Source of the DNA: Octopus vulgaris
Lineage: Eukaryota
Direction: 5' to 3'
Length of the DNA stretch: 64,000 bases
Assembly: GCA_951406725.2 (NCBI GenBank)
Contig: OX597837.1
Location: 12,710,001-12,774,000 of the forward strand
Position 1 is the stretch's first letter. Each line of letters begins with the position of its first letter. Positions 41,555 through 54,984 of the stretch are shown piece after piece. The notes below the pieces were generated by a model. The model was given only the letters and a program-made list of their open reading frames with translations, searched no databases and was not told the DNA's origin. Both the position numbers and the translations under genes were made by a program.

Positions 41555-42740
41555 GAAATATTAAAATTAGTAAGTCTCTCTAAAAGAGAACAGCGGCAGC
41601 GTTCCCGGAAAATAATAGTTATCGCCATACTAATATGGCATTCTTATAAAAATAAGAATAAAGCTATCCGCTTATTAGCTCCATGAGGCCATCGCCTTAA
41701 GTTAGCTATTTGATACACAAACTGTATCCATATAACCTTCGAACAAGGGAGTCAGTCGCTCCACACTACTTGACCGGCAGCTACAGACGCGTTTCGGGGT
41801 ATTGCCCCTTTTCAATGCAGCGTAGCCAGCCAGTAGGTGTCGCTTCCGACAATCTCTGTTCGATGGTTTTATTTACCTAGTTTCGGTGGAATACATCCAC
41901 TTGTTTTCAATAATAGAAATATTAAAATTACTAAGTCTCTCTAAAAGAGAACAGCGGCAGCGTTCCCGGAAAATAATAGTTATCGCCATACTAATATGGC
42001 ATTCTTATAAAAATAAGAATAAAGCTGTCCGCTTATTAGCTCCATGAGGCCATCGCCTTAAGTTAGCTATTTGATACACAAACTGTATCCATATAACCTT
42101 CGAACAAGGGAGGTCAGTCGCTCCACACTACTTGACCGGCAGCTACAGACGCGTTTCGGGGTATTGCCCCTTTTCAATGCAGCGTAGCCAGCCAGTAGGT
42201 GTCGCTTCCGACAATCTCTGTTCGATGGTTTTATTTACCTAGTTTCGAAGGTTATATGGATACAGTTTGTGTATCAAATAGCTAACTTAAGGCGATGGCC
42301 TCATGGAGCTAATAAGCGGACAGCTTTATTCTTATTTTTATAAGAATGCCATATTAGTATGGCGATAACTATTATTTTCCGGGAACGCTGCCGTGTTCTC
42401 TTTTAGAGAGACTTAGTAATTTTAATATTTCTATTATTGAAAACAAGTGGATGTATTCCACCGAAACTAGGTAAATAAAACCATCGAACAGAGATTGTCG
42501 GAAGCGACACCTACTGGCTGGCTACGCTGCATTGAAAAGGGGCAATACCCCGAAACGCGTCTGTAGCTGCCGGTCAAGTAGTGTGGAGCGACTGACCTCC
42601 CTTGTTCGAAGGTTATATGGATACAGTTTGTGTATCAAATAGCTAACTTAAGGCGATGGCCTCATGGAGCTAATAAGCGGACAGCTTTATTCTTATTTTT
42701 ATAAGAATGCCATATTAGTATGGCGATAACTATTATTTTT
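41551..42740. repeat. 361-bp unit in tandem (41551-41911, 41912-42247), then inverted (42244-42740); each complete unit carries a hammerhead motif
   Basis: Direct comparison of units; inversion junction at a TTCG microhomology. HHR motifs at 41780-41821(-), 42142-42183(-) and 42526-42567(+). Confidence 0.88.
42526..42567 (+). ncRNA. Minimal type I hammerhead ribozyme, U3-A8 variant core
   Basis: Stem I GCTGCA/TGTAGC; core TTGAAAA; stem II GGGG-CAATA-CCCC; GAAAC-GC-GTC. Identical copies on the minus strand at 41780-41821 and 42142-42183. Confidence 0.65.
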
Positions 42741-42743
42741 ATA

Positions 42744-43597
42744 TAAGACAGATATTCCGGAGGCATCGATACAGACGCCTCGTGTATATTTGTCTCTCCC
42801 AGGTTTTTTACTGATGAAGTGTAACCTATGGTAGATTAGCTTAATTTAATTTAATTAAGCTAATTTAATCATTAATGACACAGAAACGATGCATCGTCTA
42901 AAAGATGAATTAGGGTAAATGTTTTTAAATTTTCACCTAATTTCTGAATTACTACTACTTGGCGGTGTGAGTTATGGCTGCTCTTTCTGGTGGACGAATG
43001 GCCTGTTAAGGTCACTCCTAAATTGTTATATTTATATATTTAGTCGTTGACTATTTTCTCTTTTCCACTAGGCCGCTGGTAGCGATAAATTTCTATTGAA
43101 TTTTTTTGCTACCCTAAATTGACTAATTGATAATTTTCTGAATAATTCTGAGATTGAATCGGCAGTTTATATTTACTGCTGATAAGTTTGGCGCGAATAC
43201 GTCAGTCTTGAAAATTTTAAGACAGATATTCCGGAGGCATCGATACAGACGCCTCGTGTATATTTGTCTCTCCCAGGTTTTTTACTGATGAAGTGTAACC
43301 TATGGTAGATTAGCTTAATTTAATTTAATTAAGCTAATTTAATCATTAATGACACAGAAACGATGCATCGTCTAAAAGATGAATTAGGGTAAATGTTTTT
43401 AAATTTTCACCTAATTTCTGAATTACTACTACTTGGCGGTGTGAGTTATGGCTGCTCTTTCTGGTGGACGAATGGCCTGTTAAGGTCACTCCTAAATTGT
43501 TATATTTATATATTTAGTCGTTGACTATTTTCTCTTTTCCACTAGGCCGCTGGTAGCGATAAATTTCTATTGAATTTTTTTTGCTACCCTAAATTGA

Positions 43598-43602
<5 letters not shown>
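42744..43602 (+). repeat. 474-bp head-to-tail unit (x1.8), each copy with a hammerhead motif; diverged inverted partial copy at 43815-43995
   Basis: Units start TAAGACAGATATTCCGGAGG at 42744 and 43218. Confidence 0.9.
42804..42904 (+). ncRNA. Type I hammerhead ribozyme motif (second copy 43278-43378)
   Basis: TTTTTA-CTGATGA-(A)GTGT...ACAC(A)-GAAA-CGATGCATCG-TC|TAAAAG. Palindromic stem III; long AT-rich stem II hairpin; mismatch at the base of stem II. Confidence 0.6.
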
Positions 43603-43661
<59 letters not shown>

Positions 43662-43687
43662 TATATGTATACACACATATATATATG

Positions 43688-43807
<120 letters not shown>

Positions 43808-44064
43808 TAAATATAAGGGTAGCAAAAAAATTCTAGAAAAAATTCTCCGCTACCAGCGATCTAGTGAGAAAGAGAAGATAGTCAAAGACTATATAATATA
43901 CAGTCAACAATATAAGGAATGGCCCTGATAGGCCATTCGACTCACTAGAAAGAGCAGCCACACTCAAACCGCTAAATAGTTGTAATTCTGAAATTGAAAG
44001 AGAAATAAAAACTTTTTAGTATTTTCTATATATTCAACCACGTGCTTTCACACACCAAATTTCT

Positions 44065-44130
<66 letters not shown>

Positions 44131-44929
44131 GTTTCTAATAATCAGCCATGATTTCTATGTTATCAATTTTAGAAAACAGGATATTGGTTTCAATGATTTA
44201 CTTTTGATTTCTTACATTTCAGTGAATGCACCACAATCGATTAATTCTTCCCAGAACTAAGAACATAAGGAAACGTGAAGATACATTCAAAAAACTTTAT
44301 TTCGCAGCTTCCTTCACGATTCTCTCCACCGACATTTGTCAGTAAACAAATACTTTCTGAAATTGGATCCTCGGTTTTTGCCACCTTTTAAATACACCAA
44401 ATGGAATGATTCAACGCGGAATAGAAACTATATTCTAAATACCACCACACTGGTACATTGAACTAATACAAAATAGAATGAAACAAACAATACAAATTGT
44501 ATTGCAGACACAGCTTTCAAGGAATTCCCTGCCATTCTGTATTGCAGTTTCAGTGAAATTTTATGAAAAAAATATTATTATACACATCAAGGAAGCGAGT
44601 GGAAGTGAACACGCATCTATCAATAACCAATCGGTAACCTCAGTTCTTTCAGCGGTTTCTAATGGGCGAGTGAAGTCTCGAAATTACTGTAGATAGAAAG
44701 ACCTGGAAGTTGTGCTGTTAATTTCTGTACTTTACGGAATATAAAAATAATTCCAAAATCTGTTTTCTCTCTAACTTACTCTCACAACCCTGCACATTCA
44801 CATTTAGTTCTTTATTCCTATTTCGAAGCAAAGCGAAAACGAAATAACTTACTAAAGGATTATAACTGACGATTAGACACAAAACATCAACCAAAATCTT
44901 ATGAAGAATCAATAGAAAGAAACGCAATA

Positions 44930-46366
44930 ATGTCGAAATTTACCAAGGAAATTAAGCGTTATTATTCGTGTCGATGGAGATTATGTTATGCCTGTAGTAT
45001 GGCTTTTCTTCTGATACAAACATTAAGAGTTGATCTTGGTATGGCTTTTGTATGCATGTTGAAAACACCGAATCGTACAGCTGAAGGATTAAATTCTACT
45101 GCAAGCAACCAGCTTTGTTCTGGTTTGAAGGATCATTCCATCAACCAAACTTTTGAAGGAGAGTTTGAATGGAGCAACACACTACAATCACATATGTTGG
45201 CTGGGTACTTCTATGGGTATATGGGGGCAGGTTTTGGTGGTGTATTGGCGGACAAATATGGTGGGAAAAGGGTTCTGGGAGCTTCACTTCTCTCAGCATC
45301 AATTTTGACCATTCTTCACCCAAGTTTGTCTCGGATTAGTGGTTACTTTACGCTTGTTCTAAGGATATTAACAGGAGCAGCATCGGGGCTGTTGCCTCCA
45401 GCAATTCAGTCCTTATTTGGACGTTGGGGACCTCCACAAGAGATAAGTTTATTGATAGGGTTTGCATATGCAGGTCAAATTCTGGGTAACGTTGTAGGTT
45501 TATCAATATCAGGTTACCTCTGTGCTTATGGATTTGATAATGGATGGGGTTCCATATTTTATGTATTTGGTGGATCAACACTATTGTTTTGTTGTGTGTG
45601 GTTTTATATTGTTCACGATAATCCAGAAGTCCATCCCACAATCAGCGATGAAGAACGTTCTTACTTAAACAAAGCTATAAAATGCCAAAACGCAGTTAGA
45701 AGAGTGCCGTGGAAACGGTTGATGTTATCACCAGCCGTCTGGGCAATCAATTTTGGCTTGTTTGCTTATGCCTGGACGAATGTATCTTTCCAGACATTGC
45801 TACCTCTTTATATGAAAGAAACCTTACACGTTAATACAACAGTCAACGGTTTAATGTCGTCTGCTCCTTCCATTGGACAAATCATTGCTCTTCCGTTGTG
45901 TGGAAGATTTGCAGATTTTTTACGCTCGAACAGATATCTCTCGACTCGAGCTATACGAATTTTATTCCAGACTTTTTCTATGGTGGCTTCAGCAAGTTTG
46001 TTGATCGTCATAGGATTTCTCAGATGTGACAAATCCATACTAATAACGCTGCTCTTCTTTCTCAGTGGTATGTCACTATCATTTTCCAGTGGTGGAGTTC
46101 TCGTCAACAATAATGACTTTGCTCCAAGTTACGCCGGTGTTGTATTTGGAATCTGTAGCTTCTTTGGCGCAATAGCAGGCAGCCTTTGTTCCGTGGCTGC
46201 AAAAGCTCTCACCCCAAACGGTACACAAGAAGAATGGCAGATCGTGTTTGCGTTGTGTGCTGCTATATGTGTGTCTGGTGCAATATTATTTGCAATATTA
46301 GTAAAAACTGAGACGCAAGTTTGGGCGAGATGGGAAGAACCTAAAACAGAAATAGAAATGAAATAG
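44930..46366 (+). CDS. SLC17A5-like: SLC17/sialin-like transporter, paralog 4 (478 aa)
   Basis: Intact ORF; one-codon deletion in TM2; alternative C-terminus EEPKTEIEMK. Confidence 0.93.
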   Translation: MSKFTKEIKRYYSCRWRLCYACSMAFLLIQTLRVDLGMAFVCMLKTPNRTAEGLNSTASNQLCSGLKDHSINQTFEGEFEWSNTLQSHMLAGYFYGYMGAGFGGVLADKYGGKRVLGASLLSASILTILHPSLSRISGYFTLVLRILTGAASGLLPPAIQSLFGRWGPPQEISLLIGFAYAGQILGNVVGLSISGYLCAYGFDNGWGSIFYVFGGSTLLFCCVWFYIVHDNPEVHPTISDEERSYLNKAIKCQNAVRRVPWKRLMLSPAVWAINFGLFAYAWTNVSFQTLLPLYMKETLHVNTTVNGLMSSAPSIGQIIALPLCGRFADFLRSNRYLSTRAIRILFQTFSMVASASLLIVIGFLRCDKSILITLLFFLSGMSLSFSSGGVLVNNNDFAPSYAGVVFGICSFFGAIAGSLCSVAAKALTPNGTQEEWQIVFALCAAICVSGAILFAILVKTETQVWARWEEPKTEIEMK

Positions 46367-46578
46367 CCGAACTAGATTCCTGAGACTTTTTTTGCCGGTT
46401 GGCAATTTCTTTCTAATATATGAAGATATGCATAGCAATTTATATGTATGTATGTATGGATGGATGGATATATATATATATAAGGTAAGTATGTATGTAT
46501 CTATGTATGTTCGTATGTATGTCTGAATAGAGCAATATATACACATATATATATATAAATTATATGTTGTTTTTGTTG

Positions 46579-46611
<33 letters not shown>

Positions 46612-46613
<2 letters not shown>

Positions 46614-47550
46614 CCGGTTACTATTTGGATTACGAATAGGCCTGGATTACCTAGAGGCCGGAGGATTTGCGTCTGCTGTGATTTTTTAACTTTTGAACTG
46701 TTTTCTTTCTTTCTTCCATCATTTTGTGACTTTCTTTTTTTCTTGAACTGTTTTCTGTCGTTTTTTTATCCTTCTTTCTTTTTGTACTTTTTGCCCTGAA
46801 CTCTTTGGACCTTCTGTTGAACTTTTTTTTACAAGAAACATTGACGAAGAAACAGGACACTGCTTTGGAGTGGGAGATTTCCCACCCGAGGAGTGGATGA
46901 AGGATTTGGAAGAGAGGACTGTGGTTTTGAGAACATACTCCAAGTCGCTCGACTCCATCGTCTTCTTCCAAAAAATCGACAAAAAGTACAGCGAGAGTTG
47001 GCGAAGTATACGCCAACTATAGAATTTATTTCCAGGAGTGGCAAATATGCGACGGTGTGGTTGCTATTTGACACCCCTGAAGAGGATCGCAATTTTGCGA
47101 GTCAGCCCTTAGAGGGCGAGGAAATATTGTTTCTTCCCACGTATTGTGGGAAGAAGTTGACAAGGGCTTGGGTCTGTGGTTTGCCACCCGGAATAGAACC
47201 CGAGTGGATTGAACACACTATCCGCCGGGGCCTGGATGGCAGCGGAGCCAAGCTCCTCAATGTAAAAATTTTGCCTGCGGTTTATTGGGTGGGGTCAAAA
47301 GCGGTTTTGACCCTGTGGACCCAATCAACCAAGAATCTGGTATTCCCGGATTTTTTAATGACTGGTTCTAGATATCCGGTGATTCTTGAGGGTCGCCCTC
47401 CCACTCCAGGTGTCATCAGTGCCTGGAGCCTGGCCATATAAAGAAAAACTGTCCCCAGGAACAAAGTAAGGTCCTGATGGACCTCTGTAGAAAGGGGTAC
47501 GAAGGCGGCTGAGGAGGCAGAGGACTCCACAAAGAAGGGCTGCAAATAGG
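46612..47550 (+). mobile_element. Tx1/L1-type ORF1 (RRM-like + CCHC zinc knuckle) element fragment following (GT)n
   Basis: ORF 46893-47441 ends ...VILEGRPPT; the shifted frame continues RCHQCLEPGHIKKNCP (CX2CX4HX4C). Confidence 0.7.
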
Positions 47551-48259
47551 ATTTGGCTCCTTGCCATACTTCCCATAAGTGTCATGATTGAGTATTGGAG
47601 GATATCTACGACTTCCTCTGCTCTAATTTCTGCCATCCTGATTCCTCCGATTCTAATTCCGCTAAACGTGTGGAGGGAATGCTAAGAAAGACACCGACCA
47701 TACTACCTACAGCACCAAGGCCGAGCTGGTGACCAAGATCAATGAGATGTTTGAAGATCTTCCTAAAGACACAGTGAGGAACGCATACACCATGTTCCAG
47801 AACTCTGTTGAGGCTGTTACGAAAGCTGAGAACGGATAACTTTAAATAAAATGTTATTTCTCAGCCATTATCTAGTTGATATTTTTTTGTTTAAATTACT
47901 GTTATTTTTGGATTGGATATTGTATTTTCTTGTCCCTTAATGCGCATGTGCTAGTCAGTATACATAATGCCTTATCTAATTAGGTACTTTTATGATTTAG
48001 GCTGAATGAAAGTAATGTAACAGACGATTGACTCCCCAGTATAATTATACGTATAATTTATTTCTTTACACGTGTTCACACTCTCAGAGACTTGCAGTGT
48101 TGAATATTTTTAGATTAGAAGTAACTTTAGGATAACATATTACTTGACATTGTAGATTTATTACAAATACACTTATAAGTGAAGACAACGTTTCATAATT
48201 TCGACCAAGTCTACCGCAGACGTGACATTTCAAGGATTGTGGAACGTCAACAATTAAAT

Positions 48260-48450
48260 CGAGTGCAATTATGTGAGTAGAGGATTCACATGAGATGAAG
48301 GCGGTCACGGGAGAGTGAAAGGAGCTAAATATAAAGGAGAGGAATTTGTTCGGATTCCGTTGCAGGCTGACGTAAGAGCGACCAACTGTTTTATTGTATA
48401 TGAGGAGAAGCAAGGATAGACATGAGGAAGATGACAAAGAAACGGTAAGT
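48260..48450 (+). promoter_or_regulatory. Putative promoter/non-coding exon 1 of gene 5 (donor GT 48445)
   Basis: TCACATGA, TATAAAG, GACAAAGAAACG|GTAAGT. Confidence 0.6.
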
Positions 48451-48549
48451 AAAGAAAAGACGAACAAACCCACACGCACACACTCTCACGCACACTGAAA
48501 CAATAATAGTAATTTATCATTATTATTATGATTATTAGTAGTAGTAGTT

Positions 48550-48606
<57 letters not shown>

Positions 48607-48658
48607 TTATTATTTTTATTATTATTATAGTTATTGCTATTATTATTATTATTATTAA

Positions 48659-48713
<55 letters not shown>

Positions 48714-48895
48714 AAAAGTAACAACAAATTCCGTGCGGCATCTCAAAATTCCGTACAGCACGGAATTTTGTCAGTGAACAGGTCGCGGTCTCAAAGCGAC
48801 GAAAATATTTTGGCCAATTAAATTTGAATGTTGAAGTGAATCTAACGGTTTCGTGTGCTTTTAAATGGCTTATAAACACATTCCACGATGCAATT

Positions 48896-48963
<68 letters not shown>

Positions 48964-49212
48964 TTATATATATATATAGTAGAATAATAAATAGAAAATT
49001 CTTGATGCAGTATTATATATATTTCTTTTCTTTTTCTTTTGAGGGGATAATTTTTATTTTAAACTTAATAATAGTTTCCACTGATAACAATTTTCCTCTC
49101 AAAAAAGCCATCTCTATTCATTCAAATATATGTGTGTCTATGTATGTATGTATAAATATTTTACTCTTTACTCTCTCTCTCTCTCACTCTCTCTCTCTCT
49201 CAGTCTCTCTCT

Positions 49213-49296
<84 letters not shown>

Positions 49297-49302
<6 letters not shown>

Positions 49303-49440
49303 CTTGTTTCAGTTATTTGACTGCGGAATGCCGGAGCACCGCCTTTAGTCGAGCAAATCAACACCAGGACTTATTCTTTGTAAGCCTAGTACTTATTCTA
49401 TCGGTCTCTTTTGCCGAACCGCTAAGTGACGGGGACGTAA
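49297..49440 (-). mobile_element. SINE family A 3' fragment
   Basis: Reverse complement of the family A tail. Confidence 0.75.
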
Positions 49441-51418
49441 ATTATAGAGCAGGAGAGTATTTAGAGATATGTCAGTCATGGCCGGTTCACAGGGTTACGC
49501 AGGGTTTTGCGTCCTTAAAGCCTTTAACCCCAGGACTGATTCGTATATGTGTGTATGTATGTGTATGTGTGTATGTGTGTGTATGTGTGTATGTGTGTGT
49601 ATGTATGTATGTATGTATGTATGTATGTATGTATATAAAATTTTGAATTTAGTTCACGGTCCCCTAATACTACCTTTGCGGGCCGCCAGGGTTCCGCAAA
49701 CCCTAGGTTGGGAACCACTGTGCTAAAGCATTAATCACGTGTCTGGTCATGTGAATGGTGGATCATGGTTTGTATATTTGCAGAAACATCGATTATGCCC
49801 CTAGGTCTCTAAACGTGCCTCTGCATTGAACTTTGTAAAGAGGAACTTTGTTATATGATTGTCACCCAGTCTTAATACTAAACGAAAGACCTGAACTAAT
49901 GTCAACTTACCGCCATAGACGTAATGTCTTGCTTATCAACATCATAGTAGAGTTGCCCCAAAATACCTCAGGAAACAAAATCCGATATCCCCAATAACAC
50001 ATCACCAATCTAATAGATTTTGCACACTTCTGACTCGTTTTACGCATGAATGAGAAGAGTTCGGAGGGAAACAAATATTGACACGTTAAAGACCCTAATT
50101 TACTGAATCTTTATTATTTTCCCATATTTACCCCTACATGATATGTGGCCGATGGTAACCGATGTTATGACTGCCTGTATCATTTAGTAGTAACTGTCTT
50201 CATTTCAATCCGTTGAAAATGTATGATTCACTAATTGAGCAAATTAATTAGGACTTCAGTGGTAATCGCCACTAATATATTTACACCCGTATTCTAAATG
50301 TATTCGGTTCTCTTCCTTAAAATTCTTTCGTTCCATAAACGCAGAACAGGTCGTTAATACAGCGTGTGTTTGAGTAGCTATATACGAATTGTGTATCAAA
50401 TATTTTAATTACTGTTATGATAACAGTGTTATGTTTCTGTAGTGTGTTTGTGAGATAGAGATAGAGAAAGAGAGAGAGAATCTATATACGAATTAATTAC
50501 ACATATAACTGTTAAACGTATGATTTAGTAGTTTTGTTGTAGCGCTCTTAGCTTTACATTGTCTTATCAGACCCCAAAACCTGTTGGCACATGGCCTCTG
50601 TGACAAGCGGCCTCTCTAGAAAATGTGGGAGGAAAAGACTTCGTTACTCTGTCGATAACAAGGCTGTTATTCGTAATCAGCATTGGTGTCGTGTGGGTCC
50701 CATGATGCCAACAGGAATTTTCTGAATGCAAAGTCCGAAAACATCTATTCCAGAGTTAAAGATGTCCCCTGGTTCGAGGGAGCCCTTTAATATCCTCGCC
50801 GGTTCGGCTATGCACAGTTTACAACGCTTGATACCGTTTATGTAGGGGCCAGGATTTTCTAGGATTCAACTACTGCGTTCACCTCTTAGAGAGATTTTAG
50901 AACTAGCATTGTTGCTTGCTGCAAAATCGGCGACTGTGTGTTCGCTTGAAATATATACATTGCGAGCAGAAGCGGGCTACTGCCATCTCTAGCAGACGAG
51001 GTGTCCGGTACTGAAGAGTGGCAGAAATATCCCGAAACCAGGACAGGTCTTCTAGTCCCGTCGCTAGAAGTTGCCATGGGTGCGGGGGCAAAATGAGGTG
51101 TTTTTATTGCATGTTTGACTTTGGGACGGAATAAATGTTTTACAAATGTTCACTACCTTACAAAACCTACATCAGCCAAGCAAATGGCCTTCCCTTAATA
51201 CATTGAAAGCATTATAACATAATCTGATCACTATTTCAGAACATTATCGCAGTTCTCTTTGAACATAGAAAAGACAAATTATTCATTAAATAATATACAT
51301 TAAATAAATATATATATATATATATATAATAATAATAAATATTAGGGAATAAATCCAAATTTACAGGGAAAAAAATCAGATTTAGGATTAAATCCAATTT
51401 TATAGTAAAATATTATAA

Positions 51419-51593
51419 AATATTATTAGAGACAAAACCACTATTTTGCAAAACAAACAAGGAAAGACTTAATCAATACATAAAATTTTAATAAATAGTC
51501 TATTATTATTATATTATTATTTATTAAAATTTTATGTATTGATTAAGTCTTTCCTTGTTTGTTTTGCAAAATAGTGGTTTTGTCTCTAATAAT

Positions 51594-51598
<5 letters not shown>
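51419..51598. repeat. Fold-back palindrome (~80 bp arms)
   Basis: AATATTATTAGAGACAAAACCACTATTTTGC... / ...GCAAAATAGTGGTTTTGTCTCTAATAATATT. Confidence 0.9.
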
Positions 51599-51671
<73 letters not shown>

Positions 51672-51759
51672 GGTACCGGGTTGAGTCGGGGTTAACCACA
51701 ATAAATAAGGTACTCAATACATAGCAGAGTAAATTAATTTATTATATAGAAGGAGCTCC

Positions 51760-51848
<89 letters not shown>

Positions 51849-52770
51849 GTTTCTAATAATCAGCCATGATTTCTATGTTATCAATTTTAGAAAACATGAT
51901 ATTGGTTTCAATGATTTACTTTTGATTTCTTACATTTCAGTGAATGCACCACAATCGATTAATTCTTCCCAGAACTAAGAACATAAGGAAACGTGAAGAT
52001 ACATTCAAAAAACTTTATTTCGCAGCTTCCTTCACGATTCTCTCCACCGACATTTGTCAGTAAACAAATACTTCCTGGAATTGGATCCTCGGTTTTTACC
52101 ACCTTTTAAATACACCAAATGGAATGATTCAACGCGGGATAGAAACTATATTCTAAATACCACGACACTGGTACATTGAACTGATACAAAATATAATTAA
52201 ACAAACAATACAAACCATATTGCAGACACAGGTTTCAAGGAATTTACTACCATTCTGTATCGTAGCTACACTGAAATTTTATGAAAAAAATATTATTATA
52301 CACATCAAAGAAGCGAGTGGAAGTGAAAACACATCAATAAATAACCTATCGCTGATCACATTTCTTCAACTTTTTCTTAATATATGTATGAGATCTCATA
52401 TTTACAGCTGACAAAGAATCGAAAGTGGTGCAGTTAATTTCTGTCTCAAACTTTACAAAGTATAACAAAATTCCTGAATCTATGTTCTTCGCAAATTGTG
52501 ACCACTCTGCACATCCACAGTTATTTATTCCTAATTCCAAAGAAAACAAGAAAGAAATAACTAACAAAAAAAAAACTTCCCCAAAGATTATCAATTTTAG
52601 GATTTCACACCTTTACCAAATAAAAGGAATATATTGTTAAACGGAGAGCACTGTCGGCCTCTAATTTTCCTTTAAACATTTTGCACTTACGATGCACATG
52701 GATTAATATACTTTCAGATACGAAACACCAAGCAAAACTTTATGAAAAAATAGTAAAAAGAAACGCAATA

Positions 52771-54231
52771 ATGTCGAAATTTACCAAAGAAATTAAGCGT
52801 TATTATTCGTGTCGATGGAGATTATGCTATGCGTGTGGTGTGGCTTTTCTTCTGCTTCAGACTTTGAGAGTCGATCTGAGTATGGCTTTTGTATGCATGT
52901 TGAAAACACCCAATCGTACAACTGAGGAAGTTAAAAATTCTACAAACGACCAGCTTTGTTCTGGTTTGGAAAATCATTCAACGAACCAAACTTTCGAAGG
53001 AGAGTTCGAATGGAGCAACTCACTACAATCTAATATGTTGGCTGGGTACTTCTATGGGTATACGGTGACTGTTTTGGGTGGTATATTGGCGGACAGATAT
53101 GGTGGGAAAAGAGTTCTGGGAGCTTCCCTTCTCTCAGCATCCATTCTGACCATTCTTCATCCAAGTTTATCTCGAATTAGTGGTTACATTACGCTTGTTC
53201 TAAGGATATTAACAGGAGCAGTATCAGGGTTGTTGCCCCCAGCAATTCAGTCCTTATTTGGACGTTGGGGACCTCCACAAGAGATAGGTTCTTTGATAGG
53301 GCTTTCATTTGCAGGTCAACTCCTTGGAAGTATTGTGGGTCTTTCAATATCAGGTTACCTTTGCGTATATGGATTCGATAATGGATGGGGTTCTATATTT
53401 TACGTATTCGGTGGAATATCGTTGGTGTTTAGTTGTATGTGGTTTTATGTTGTTTATGATAATCCAGACGTCCATCCCACTATTTGTGAAGAAGAACGTT
53501 CGTACTTAAAAAAAGCAATAAAGAGTGAAAATGCTGTTAAAAATGTACCGTGGAAACGGATGTTCTTATCACCGGCTGTCTGGGCAATAAACTTTGGCTT
53601 GTTTGCCTATGGCTGGACGAATATATCTTTCATGGTATTACTACCTTTATATATGAAAGAAGCCTTACACGTTGATACAACATCCAACGGTTTAATGTCG
53701 TCTGCTCCTTCCATTGGACAAATCATTGCTTTTCCGTTATGTGGAAGATTTGCAGATTTTTTACGTTCAAAGAAATATCTCTCAACGCGTTCTGTTCGAA
53801 TTGTATTCCAATCCTTTTCCATGGTGGCTTCAGCAAGCTTGTTGATAGCCATAGGATTTCTCAGATGTGACAAAACCGTTCTAATAACTCTCCTTTTGTT
53901 TCTCAGTGGTATAACTCTATCATTTTCCAGTGGTGGTGTTATCGTCAACAATAATGACATCGCTCCAAGTTATGCTGGTATTGTATTTGGAATTGCAAAC
54001 ACCTTTGTGTCAACGGCAGGCAGCCTTAGTTCGTTGGTTGCAAAAGCTCTCACCCCAAACGGTACACAAGAAGAATGGCAGATCGTGTTTGCCTTATGTG
54101 CTGCTATATGTGTATCTGGTGCGATATTATTTGCAATATTGGTAAAAACAGAAATCCAAGACTGGGCAAACTGGGGGAGATCTAGCTCCTCCGTTCATCC
54201 TAGCGACACGACTATAAGTAGAATAGCTTAA
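52771..54231 (+). CDS. SLC17A5-like: SLC17/sialin-like transporter, paralog 5 (486 aa)
   Basis: Intact ORF; ATG 52771 (MSKFTKEIKR). Confidence 0.93.
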   Translation: MSKFTKEIKRYYSCRWRLCYACGVAFLLLQTLRVDLSMAFVCMLKTPNRTTEEVKNSTNDQLCSGLENHSTNQTFEGEFEWSNSLQSNMLAGYFYGYTVTVLGGILADRYGGKRVLGASLLSASILTILHPSLSRISGYITLVLRILTGAVSGLLPPAIQSLFGRWGPPQEIGSLIGLSFAGQLLGSIVGLSISGYLCVYGFDNGWGSIFYVFGGISLVFSCMWFYVVYDNPDVHPTICEEERSYLKKAIKSENAVKNVPWKRMFLSPAVWAINFGLFAYGWTNISFMVLLPLYMKEALHVDTTSNGLMSSAPSIGQIIAFPLCGRFADFLRSKKYLSTRSVRIVFQSFSMVASASLLIAIGFLRCDKTVLITLLLFLSGITLSFSSGGVIVNNNDIAPSYAGIVFGIANTFVSTAGSLSSLVAKALTPNGTQEEWQIVFALCAAICVSGAILFAILVKTEIQDWANWGRSSSSVHPSDTTISRIA

Positions 54232-54326
54232 CTACGTCACTGAATATTTTTCTTTATTGCAAATGGCGTCAATTTTATCATGAAGGAGTTCATAGGTATA
54301 TGTTGTAAGTACCTAAGTATCTACAT

Positions 54327-54386
<60 letters not shown>

Positions 54387-54984
54387 TCTGTCTGTCTATC
54401 CGTCTGTCTGTCTATCCGTCTGACTGTCTGTCTGTCTGTATGTATGTATGTATGTATAACAGCGGTTGTGAAGTGGTGATTGGGGTAAAACACAAACACA
54501 CATATAACTATATTTATATATAATCTACTGATGAAGCTTCGGTCGGCCCGAGGCTATAGCAGAGAACACCCGGCCGAGCCACGCAGTGGGACTGAACCCG
54601 GAATCATGTGGTTAGGGACCAAACTTCTTACCAAAAGTTGCCTTATGAACAGTCTGGACCAGGATGCTCAACCGTTTGGAAACAATCCTGTCTGTAGTTT
54701 CTATTAAATTTTGAACATGAAATGCATTTTGATAAACATTATGTGTGCACATTTTTAAATATGCATGTGTGTATATGATTGTGTGCAAGTCAGTATACAT
54801 AATGCCTTATCTAATTAGGTATACTTATCAATTGGGGCAAATGAAAGTTGTGCAACCGATGGGAGGTGTCCTAGTATCATCTTACATAAAAATCATTCAT
54901 TTACACGAAGTTGCTGACACAGATAGTCACAGTGTGAATACTTTTACATTTTAAGTCAACGTGACTTACTTGATAAGCATGCAT

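Noticed and set aside
41165-41686. 173-aa ORF
   Set aside because: Runs through a DNA palindrome and a (TA)n tract; no recognisable domain.
48084-48479. Recurrent minus-strand ORF (…RNPNKFLSFIFSSFHSP…) at 37.3, 48.1 and 61.7 kb
   Set aside because: Antisense reading of the recently duplicated promoter/exon-1 block; not conserved in the diverged 56.3 kb copy and no ATG start.
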